From positions 2,104,232-2,168,231 of the forward strand of contig NW_003526941.1 in assembly GCF_000181795.1 (NCBI RefSeq): a stretch of 64,000 nt of DNA, written 5' to 3'. The notes beneath the pieces were generated by a model. That model saw nothing but the letters and a program-made list of their open reading frames with translations, was not told the DNA's origin and did no database searches. The position numbers were made by a program, and so were the translations under genes. The stretch comes from Trichinella spiralis (Eukaryota). This document shows, one piece after another, positions 53,201-64,000 of this stretch (position 1 is the first letter of the stretch; the number at the start of each line of letters is the position of its first letter).

Positions 53201-56200
53201 TAAATTAATGATATATATTTTTTTGAAAAACGGGTTTTATTATTTTAAAACAAAGAAAAGGTTTCATCTCACTGAAGCAAAATTTCTGTCATGCTGATAA
53301 GCAACAGGCAAGGCATGTTGATCACTGAGTTCGAGAGTTAAAATTTTCAATAATATTCGACCAACAGCAAATAGATCATGTCCGTATAGAGATTTTCTTT
53401 GTGTTGCATTTTTCAGTTTTTCAGCTACGGCTGTAATTGTTATTGGATCTATCTTAAAATTCGATTGCAAATCTTTTATCTGAAAATAATTTCAAATGTG
53501 ATTAAATGTAAAGTTAACTAACATTTTCCAAGAAAGTTTGACAAAAATTCCATCTTACTTTGTTTTCTAAAGTTTGAAATTCAGCCGTAGTACAATTTTC
53601 TAGTCTGGGTTTTCCCCAAAATCCTTTTTCATTGCAATACCTCGTGGCACGCCCTTGCCATCCTCTTGGACATGGTTTCGTGGATGTTCTGTTTGTTTTC
53701 ATCGCAGGCCACAGTATATCGCTCATCCAATTCTCAGGGCAACCATTTGTCACTACTGAAATAAAGTTTTACATTACAATATGAAACTAGGAAACAGAAA
53801 TGTTTGTTGGTTTGTTCTACAAAAATACAGGAAATGCTCTTCAATGATCAAACATTTTACAAAAGTGTTTCTTGAACTGTTGTTTTCGAACTGTGATATA
53901 GATTTACTTTCACAATAGCCACTGATTCGACTGATTTGTGCTCTTGGATCTGCGCATATGTCACAACGTTTTCCAACCGCATTTCCACGACAATGGCATT
54001 GGCCAGTTTCTGAGTTACAGCTCATATTCAACGCCCCGGCAGGATAAAAACAGTTGCAAGGTGTGCATTGCTTTTTTTCGTCGTCAAAATAAGTTTTGTC
54101 CTGAAAAACGTCAAGTACCTATCGATCTATCTAAACCGATGGGCTTTGTTTGATGTGATTTTTATCAACTACAGCAGATGCCAGTGAACAGTGAAGAATT
54201 TATTATTTCAGTTTGGTTAAAAAACAATAGCTCACCGTGCATTTGCAAATTCCTGTGTACTTGTCGCAGTTAGCATCATAGCCTTTAGTAGTGTCACAGT
54301 TGCACGGCCCGCAGGTAGAGTTTCCCCACCAACCTTTAGGGCAACGCCCTCCGATGGTAGAAAGCCGATGTTCACAATTGCGCCCAGTGAAATTTTCAAC
54401 ACATTGACAAACGTAACTGTTCCATTGATCATTGCATGTTCCACCGTTGAGGCAAGGATGCAAAGTACACAGGTTCATGCAGTAGCCGTCCGCATCTCTT
54501 TTCGGGCAGAAATTGTCAGGGAGAGTGCACTGCTTGATGATATTTTTCTGATGAAGAATTTGTAAATATGCTTTTTTGTTTTGCATAGGTTTGTCGACAA
54601 AAGCACCCTGTAATGTTTAAGCTGTAAACCGTGCACAAGCAGTTGTATTTGAAAATGATATTTACTTTTAAACATCCGGTGAATGGATTTGAGGGATGAT
54701 TATGATTATTATTGTTTTTTGAACTGGAGATGTTTATTTTTATTTTTTTTACAATGCCGTTCAACTTTTCACTTAAAGGTATTGTCTAAAAAATAAGTGA
54801 TTGTGAAAAACACTGAATTGCTTTATTCCATTTAGTGATTCTTACTAGCTGATAGACGTAGTCCACATTTAAAATGATCTGGTCGTTTTGCATCTCGCAT
54901 AGAAGCGAGTGCCATTTCGAATCACTCACTAATCGTTGTGCTAATTGTTGATGCTTCCTCTCCAAGGTGACACTTGCAAGCTGGTCGGTGATCTAAAATG
55001 AATTTTTTATTAATGCATATTTTTTGTCTATAATTTTTAATCGGTTTTGCACTGTAAATTTGCAAGATCATTTGAAATGCATTCGCATTCCACATGTCAT
55101 GTCAAATGTCCAGTCATATGCGCTATATTTTTGCTATTTGCGCAAAAGTGAAAGGAAAATCAGTTACTTGTAAGATAATCTTTTTTCCACTTGTCAACTC
55201 CACCACAACAATGTCTGCGTCAGTTTGAGCTGTTCGAAATTGAATTCCAAATACAAGAGGTATTTCAGCATGAGGCGGTACTTTGAAAGAAACTGAACTA
55301 GAAGAAGTCGGCAAACTGATTGGCTTTCCAACATCTGAAGTAGCGGTTTCAAATGAGAAAATTCAAAATTTTCTTGAAATCAACATTTCTTCATTTATTC
55401 TTTAAGTCCTTCAAACTTACAGTCTGAGCAGTTTTTTCCTGCGTAATCTGTGGGACATTTGCAAATGTAATCTTCCCATATGCCTTGGCATGCACTGTTA
55501 CGCTGGCATGGATTCCGACGGCAATTTTTTGTCATCGCAGCACATCCAGGAACGGTCATTTGGTTAGAAATGTAATGATTTAGATTAATCATTTTGTGAT
55601 CAATGTATAAATGGCTCATGCAACCGACAAAACCAACGGGCATGATTCTGAAGCGCTGATGTCGATTACGACTTGGCAAACCTCCAAGATAAAGTGGACT
55701 GGTTATGTCCAGAAAACGAAAACAAGGTACCATTGGGTCGTTACACCTAAATTTACTTTTGATGAAAAAAATGATTGCTTCTTTACTGCTTTGCAGAAAA
55801 GAAAAACTAACTTCTCGTCTAATTTCAATTCCATAAGAGCGGCACATTGACTGTATCGAAAAATTCGATTAGGATTCAATGCCAGGAACGGATCACAATC
55901 ATCGAGTATCAAAGTGACAGTCTGCAGATGACCATAAAAAACTCAATTTTTGCACATCTTTCGAGTGTTCAAGAAAAGCAGAGACGCATACCCGATTGAA
56001 ATAGATCACTTGTACTTTGTGCCATTGACCGTCATTTAGGGTATAATCGCTGTCAAGATTGAGCACCTTTATGTCAGATTCTCCAAGTGAAATTGAAAGT
56101 TTCAGTCGACCATTAGCCAACTCTAACACAATGAAATCATTTTCTGCTTTTTGTCTACCCGCATAGAATAACATTCCGTCCAAGACTGTAGTAGTGAATC

Positions 56201-56383
56201 TGGAAACGTTCGTGATTTATCATGATTACAATTTTTCTAGCAAATTTTGGAATAAAATTGAAATAAATATTTAAAATTAATTAATAACAACATTATTGAA
56301 ATTCCAAGTTTATTCTTTTTTATTTTTTGTAATTGATTTCGTAAGTTTAAAATATGCAATGAATGTAATTTAACTTTTAAAAT

Positions 56384-56435
<52 letters not shown>

Positions 56436-59400
56436 GTATGCATGCATGCATGCAGAACTTGAAAGATTTTACTTACTGAAATGTAATGTTAAATCGATTG
56501 CGTTGGTTCAAAGTTGGAAATTCAACAAAAGAATTAGGCTGGAATGTTCTTGTGGTTAGTTCACAGTATTCATTAGTTGAATCCGCATCATATGTGCAAT
56601 TTTGACATTTTTGCTTGCCTTGAACCAGAGTACATATTGATCCTCCATGGCATATGTCCGCAATGCAATAGGAATTCGAAATGGGAAACTCGCAATTTTT
56701 TCCTAACAAGCAATTTTTCAGATTAGAATTTTCTTTTCATTCATGCTCATGTGATGCATGGTAATGTTTTGGTTTTTCGCGTTTTAAGTTTTTTTCTTCC
56801 ATGCAGTGAACAGTAACTGGTTTCATATTACTTATATTCAGAATGACGCATTGCTGTCATTGTATGAAGGCTTTTTTTTATTCTTAATGGCTTCTCTTAC
56901 AAAACTGTAATTCAAGCATTTTAGCGTTGCTTTTAGCAGCATAAAATGCAAACTTAAAAAAAGCATTAAACTGTCAGACAATCGGAAATGCAGTTGAATT
57001 ACTTCCTCATATAATGGACAATTGAAATTTGCCAATTGTTTTTCTCGAATCGATATCAGAGGACTAATTTTACACGCATATATGCTTTGCCGGGAATGTA
57101 TTGTATAAGAAGTAAGCTGAATCGAAAATGATGATTGATGAATTTTGTTCAGGACGACTTGCAATTATAATTTTTCTAATTTTCATAAATATTTGCATTT
57201 GCATTCTTTGGGACTAAATGAAGTTCTTTTGCTCAAAATTGAAGCTTAATTAGTTAGAGTTATCTTTTCATAAGAAAAGAACAGAAATAAAAATAAAACA
57301 AGATGTAGATATCCAAGGATCAAGATATGGACAGATGTATGGCAAAATTGGAAGTTTCTTTTTTAAATGTGTGATCAGTGGATTCACTGGCGTGGGTTTT
57401 CATCGGCGTCTGCTTGCGTTTCCGCTTTTCTGTTCTGAAAGTCAATGGCGTCCTTGGGTTTTCTTCGTACAGCAGGTGGCTAAGGCTAAGCGAGATGCCG
57501 ATTTTTTCTGACCTCTATTGTTACCGATACTTTCTTCATTAAGGTGGACAGAGATCATATATAATTAACTCGTCCATGTTGTCACTGCAAGGATCAATTC
57601 GACCAGGCACGTGTCAATGGCCATTAGTGACCCATACACAAAAGAAGTGAATCTAGGCGAAATATGATGTAACCCCGTGAAAGGAAAAAATTAACCAGCG
57701 TGAAAATGAGCCTCAAGAGACACTTGGATAGATGTTAAAACGTGTGCTGTCGAGTTTCTATTACTGAGGGATGTAATTTTCAGGGGTTGATTTCAATTTG
57801 AAAAAAAAATGTTGATCAAGAGAAGCTGGAAATTCAAACTTCTTCTAATGGTCGTTGTGCGTGAATTTTGATCTACTGTTGATCATCACTGTTGCATTAT
57901 GAAGTTGTTATTTCAAATTCTAGCGAACGTAATTAATTGTCTAATTTTATCATAGAATTAAATTGGTGCCTATGGGTTTTGAAGGTTGTTTCAGCGCAGC
58001 TGCATGGGAAAGCAATAGTAAATTAAGTTCACGTTTTCTGGATTTTCGTCATACTCAGGCAGACATGTATGCTTGTCGACACGAAAATATGTTGGCCACG
58101 AAAATTGAAACTCAGACTAAATGACAATGACTCATACTAGTTTAGGCGATTAACGACCGATGGGTGGCTATTTTGATAGTCAATCAGCGAGATTGAATGG
58201 CGTTTGTTTCTACTGAACTTTACAACAGCTTTGCAAATACTAGTAACCCACATTTATCGTCTATTCTCGACGGATATGTGGGATTCAATTATGCAGAATT
58301 TAAACAACTTTTCATTTGTTTTTGCAAACATGCGCTTGATGTCGATCGATGTGAAATGGAGGCAAATATATATATATATTACGTATATTATTGGTATGTA
58401 CTATTAGCTGTATCGCATCGGTCCAGACTGACTTATCAGTTTGGTGACGTTTTGCAAAATTCATGAAGATTTGGCATTTATGGCACTAAAATCGATCGAG
58501 GAAGTGAACAAACTCACATGTCCAGCACCTGCGGCTCTGATTAAGCGGTAACCATGAGCCAGGCAGCGCTAGTACGGCCGCCTCGTCTAGAGGCCAAACC
58601 AAACTCCCCCAAGGCGGATGCTTGTAATTAGTATTTGTCAGTTTGTGGAACTCGCTTACCCGTAAAATCCGGTCTACAGATGCATGAGTAGCCATTTTCG
58701 CGGGATAGGCATGTTCCTCCAGCTTTGCAAGGAGAGGAATAACAAAGATTGATCTCGATATTACAACCGGGGCGTTGTTTTGACAATTCTGAAAGTAAAA
58801 CTATTAAACAGATGGATATTCACTTTGTAAAAAGTCAGCTGGCAATGTTTCAAACAAGCTTGGTTTCAAGTTTATAAATACTAATATGCAGCGACTCCGT
58901 CTATTGACTGTATCCCCTCAGGGCAGCTAGCCCATATCTAGATCACAAACGGCCAAATATTGGTTGTTGACATTGTTTGATGCGGTCAACAGCTGCTGAT
59001 CTATTTTAATTTACGAAAGTAGGAAGTATCTTTGAATAATTTTTATTAAATTTCGTAATCACAGAAGAAATAAATACTTCAACGAAAATGAGTTTTAAAA
59101 TTGCTGTGTTCGCCCAAATTCTGTTCAAAACGGATTTGATTTTTCACTTTAAATGTTTTGCTTAGTGAAATTCAGTTTTCGCTTTTTACAAGTTTTGAGT
59201 AATTGTGTTTAATCTAAACAAAGAGCTGTGTTCTTTTATGCTTTTTATTGGTAACTTGCTTTGAGAGGAAATTATTTATACTGTTGACATTTAATTAATT
59301 GCAGCATTTGTTAACGGGAAAACAGCACCAGAAAGCGGTTTCTTCAGTTTCAGCGCAGTGGATAGATAATTTGATTCGGTTTCACAAGCTGCTGATTTTG

Positions 59401-62400
59401 AAATTAAATTGTTTGTGTTTCCTAGCCAACTTAATCTTTAAATCAATTTTTTGAAACTATTTTTACAAACCTAAGAATGATCATTTTCGTTTGGTTAGAA
59501 GAAATCAGTTGTCTCCGAGACGCCTTAGAAATAATTTACTTTGTTGTGTAGTTAAGTTAAATTTCACTCTTGACGCTATGCAAGAATTGTAATATCAACG
59601 TAATTACCTTCACTGTGCACATTTTCCTTGCTTAGCCTTTTCTACAAGTTTATGAGCGGAACGAATCGATAAAAATGCGCAATTGAAGAAAATGCTTGAA
59701 AACAGAGCACCTGATGCTGTTGCAGTTGCACAAAAGAGGGATAATTTATGGATAACCTTGGGAAGGTTAAAATGAATTTCGAATTAATTCTTGATAGCGG
59801 AAAGCGAAGATGGACAGCTGTTTTCTGTTTTTTCTCATCTCTAAACATTGCCTGTGAGAACAGTTTTCGAATAATGCATAGCTCAGCTTTTTCTAGCGGA
59901 ATATTTATTGCTGAAGGCCATTGAAGCAACTCAGGCATTGAACGACTGAATAATAAAACCGTTTACGTTTGATTATCTACTAGTGAAACAGTTGTTGAAA
60001 AAATAGTTGCGCTTTTAAAGTTTTTTTTTATAAATATTTGTACATGTTGAACTTACCAGCAAAACCGATGGGACATTCGCAAATGAAAGTTGAAATGCAA
60101 TGAACAGGCTTGAAAATGAAATTCTCTGTTACAATGAAATCTCCGGTGCCGTCGAATTTCAACACGTTGCGACATCTTTCATTGTTCAGGCAAGGCTCTC
60201 GAGAGCATAGTTCGTCTGCCAGAGGTAGAATATTCAAATTTGATGCTTCTGACAAGCGTTTTCGATTGAAGTCGACCAATTCATGTAATTCTTCACCGCT
60301 GAAATGGAATAAAAATTTTTACAAATGCAACAGAAAGTTTACAATTCAAGCAAAAACAAAAATGCATCCTATGTTGCATCTTAGACATACGTCTCTTGTA
60401 ATGCTTTCAAGATTTACAGCTGTATGATCAATTCATTTCCTTGAACTATATAATTTACATCTGATAATCAATTGAGCAAGAAAATTAATGATTTGCTTGT
60501 GCTGTAGATGCAAAAAGGTTCATAAAGCACGCATGAATTGGATTTTATTCACAGTGAATTTTGCCCAACAATATTGAATCGACATATCCCAATATCTATA
60601 GTTTCATTTTTCAAAATAAGCAGGATTTGAAAATTAGAGTAATGCTAAGCGTTAGCGTTGTTTCTGGTGGAAAAGGCGGACGTCATTTTTATTTATGTGC
60701 ACACAAGCGAATGGATGCCAAATTAACAAAATTTAGCTTGATACTAGTCATTGTTGCATTTCAAAGCTACAATCCAAATTGTAAATACGCTTTTTTGAAT
60801 TTGCCTGCATTTGCGAAAGAGTGGAAATTTTTTTTATTTTAAATCTTCAAAATGGAATTTCTTGGAGATTAGGGATTTTTTTTTCAAAAGTCGTGACGTT
60901 GACGTTACTTTGGCCATCTGCTCACTATCCCGCGGTGGGGACAGTTGCGCTTGATTGCTCAGTCATCTTCAGCTAATTGAGAGTGTTGTCGTGTGGGCAA
61001 TCGAACGCACACGGATAGGACTGCTTATTGTCAGTTTATTATTGTTGTTTATTGTAGCAAAGATGATCAACGATGGCGTTGATACATGACCGGCCAAATG
61101 GCAACTGTCTCTGCATTAGCGACAAGGTTGACTGCACAAAGTATTTAGAAAATAAATTTGTAAAAAAATAAGAAAACAGCAAAATTTTCCTTTTCTATGT
61201 TATTGGTAGGGCATTTCGATAAATTAGTTTAGAATAAAAGTTCGAGGGCGAAATATAAGCTTTTCCACGTGGCGTAACGTAATGCCGCGAGATAAAGAAA
61301 ATCTTTTAATACACGCTGATTTGTGTAGGCGAACATCTATATTTAAATTAGATGGAGGAGAAATTTAATTAAAATTAAAACGATGATTGAAAACTTATTA
61401 AAATAGAAAGAATACTTGTGTAACAAAGGAACAAAGAGAAAATGATGTTTGATATTTGCAATGCTTGACTGTATTTGACACGATAGCCATTAACGTTTGC
61501 AGTTAAAGCGAATTCTAATATTATTGTTGTTATAGTGGTTATTCTTATTCTTATTCTTATTTCTATTATACTTAGCAGTTTCTTCAAATGAGTAGAGCTA
61601 TTTTATGTGGCTTGAAATTTCTTTTTTTGAAAACCGCGGCGCATAGACTATTCATTAATTTCAGCCATTCCATTTCATTTAGCGCACTAAGTCGTAATTA
61701 GTGTCGCAGGTAGGCGGAAGTTATCAATTAGCTCCGAGGAATAAGGGAATTTTCGTTCAAAGTGACTAGCTAGCTGATTGCGTTGCGCAAGTTGCAATTG
61801 AACGGTGTCAATCATACCTGAGAAAACGATCCGAATTAGCCTTCCGCAGTACTAAGCTAACATTCAACGTCGGTTCTCCATGCAGTTCATTGTCTTGACG
61901 GACGCTGAAGATGAGCACATCTCGGCGATCTGAAGGGATCAGAGCGGATAGTGAATCCAACAAGCGTCCATAAGCGGTCGGATTCAGAAACGAATTCATC
62001 GTCAAGCCTGATATTCGAAATGTGACGCTGTTGAGTAAAGCTGAATTTGTTATCATCTCCACTATGACGGTGCAGGTTGCTTGAACAGCATTGATGCCAT
62101 CTTAAAAATAACAAAACTTAATCGATTAAGTCTAAATTTTAATTTGAAAAAAACACTTATTTTCAAATAGTTTGATTTCTGTAATTTTTTGTGTTTTTCA
62201 AATTAGATGGATCAATTAATTTCCAGATGCAATCCATTAAAGATTTTGTTGCTAGAGTTGGAATGTTTTCTTAGGGGAATTGTTGGTAGTATTTTTTATA
62301 TGCTTTACGGTGGCTCGTGATATTTTAAACTATCTTTTGAAAGGTTGTCTTATTTAAGTAGATTTCAATTTTGCGTAATCGATAGTCGTTTTCTGTCAGT

Positions 62401-64000
62401 CAATATTTAATGATCAACAATAACTAAGCAAATAATTATGTTTCAGATTGTTATCGCAGAAAAAAAGAAATTTACATTTATAGGCTCATTTGCGCAAACG
62501 ATAGGCGAAATAAAATATTACAATTGGTTTGGTCCATTTTGTAAGGTTGTAATGAATTTCCTAAAATTTTCGCCTTGACAACTGATAACTGTTAAATTCT
62601 AAAATTTATAATTAAGCTATAAAAATGTAAACAGCATTTGATTAGCATAATTGATAAAGTGATAATTTTTATCACTTATGAATAGCTGACTGGTACAGGA
62701 GAGTTGGGACGGTTAGTCGATCGATGTTGGAGTAATCAAAATGCTGAATTACATCAACATCGGCAGTATGCTAAGAATTAAACTAGATACTTATGTGACA
62801 CGTCACCGTGTCAACGCTTCAGAATCGATGCGATTCCTGGAAAGGCGAGAAACGTCGACCTTTGTTTCGATTGGTGACTACAAATGCGCAAACAGGCTCG
62901 CTTCTTCAATAATACGGATAATAAACGTTGGACCGCTGTTGGCCAAACGTTGACCACTGAGCGCTGTTCAAGTGGACCGACAAAAGGCAGCATTCGATTG
63001 AATTCACGCTTCCAGACGTGGCTGTTCTTGAACAGTCACGACAGTTGAGAAGGAAAAGTACCCCATTATCACGCATTTTCCTTGTCATTTCGAACTGCAT
63101 ACTATGCTTTCTTGGCAGCGCTTGCAGTTGACTATTCAAAGTTGGCCAGTTAATTAAATAGCAGTCAATAGAATTGAGGTTTTGTTTCATATGCATTAAA
63201 AGAGGATAGGCGCTGAACAGAGTTCAGCTTTGCCGGATGGAGATGGTCAATTATTAATCATTCCCGTATAGGCCAGGTATACGTGAGCTCGCTGTTCGAT
63301 TCGTCACTAAACCAAGGCCACTTCTCTGAATGAGATCGATTAACAATATCTCAGTTTATTAGTGAACACCAGTTCGAAATGATGACACCACTTCAAGAAA
63401 GGCGTCAATTAATTATTTCACAATTTATACACAATACCAAGTCATTGTTTTCTTGTGATAAGAATCAGATAGTTTCATTGCAGATTATTGCAGTTCTGAA
63501 TAACAGTTAATTGTTGTTGCTTTACTAAAACTAGAAAAATACCGAAGCAAGTTTCTGTTAACAAAATTAGTTAGACCGTTTTTCTGCCCAAAACAGCTGA
63601 AACCCCTCTGATGATGGTGATAATGATAATGATGAATGCATTCGTCATGGAAGAGCAACTCAGACTCAATGCTCTTATTGTTCTATTCTTAAAAATGCAA
63701 CAGCAGTTAACACTTTTCTGACAATCACCTGGAAAATCTTTAGAGGCTTTTTTAAATTTGAAACTAATAACTGAGTTGTATCAAGCATAATTTCCGGTTG
63801 GAAAAGCAAAAAGGTAGGCTTGATTTTAAAAGAAATTATAACTTCTAATAGTTTGAAAAGCTATGCTCATGAATTGTGTTTGCTTAACTTTACAATCATG
63901 AAATGAAAATACAGATAAAAAAATAAGTTTTACCTGAAACTTGAATTAAAAGTAAAAGTCGAATGCGGCGATTTGTGTTCAACGCTGCACTGAGACGCAG
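50258..64000 (-). CDS. fmi-1: Flamingo/CELSR cadherin adhesion GPCR, 3' part (end of last cadherin repeat, membrane-proximal region, EGFs, two LamG, laminin-EGF, HormR, GAIN/GPS, 7TM, tail); the 5' part lies beyond the right edge
   Basis: Exon 63934->64000 (LRLSAALNTNRRIRLLLLIQVSD) splices to 61818-62100 (GINAVQATC...LLNSVTFRI). Next come 60057-60298 (CSREPCLN), 58660-58788 (NLCYSSPC) and 56477-56702, then LamG exons (DFIVLEL; RFLDITSPLYLGG). Further exons give CPKGWWG...CGPCNC, HormR (GCPENWMSDILWP), GPS (WSTQGC...CACNHLSTFAVSM) and hydrophobic TM segments; stop at 50258. Confidence 0.95.
56390..56453. repeat. Compound microsatellite (TA)n(TATG)n(CATG)n in a CELSR intron
   Basis: Directly visible. 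Confidence 0.9.

Noticed and set aside
56703..60056. Apparent loss of the second EGF repeat of Flamingo
   Set aside because: The exon exists at 58660-58788; it is just too short to appear in the ORF track in that frame.
1..64000. tRNA, rRNA, snRNA genes or intact transposase/reverse transcriptase ORFs
   Set aside because: None recognised by eye; tRNAscan-SE, Rfam and repeat searches would be needed to exclude small RNAs properly.

Overview
AT-rich, intron-containing eukaryotic DNA. Short introns, TTTCAG/TTTTAG-type acceptors, an MSP gene, a TWK channel and GPI ephrins point to a nematode; Trichinella-like is my inference and is not verified. I reconstructed nine protein-coding genes by hand from GT-AG sites and reading-frame phase. 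In order: the 5' part of p190 RhoGAP (-, runs off the left edge), an intronless MSP-domain gene (+), a ZFAND4-like Ubl/AN1 gene (+), an MBLAC1-type metallo-beta-lactamase with a signal peptide and S/T-rich stalk (-), a TWK/K2P potassium channel (+), three tandem GPI-type ephrins (-), and the 3' part of Flamingo/CELSR (-, runs off the right edge). The best leads are an array of about ten or more QT/TQT (dynein light chain LC8-type) motifs in the channel tail, the apparently secreted MBLAC1-like hydrolase, the ephrin triplet next to Flamingo, the MSP gene probably nested antisense in a p190 5' intron, and an inverted repeat pair bracketing the middle ephrin's coding core. I recognised no tRNA, rRNA, CRISPR array or intact transposon. 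All gene models are manual and need RNA-seq confirmation.
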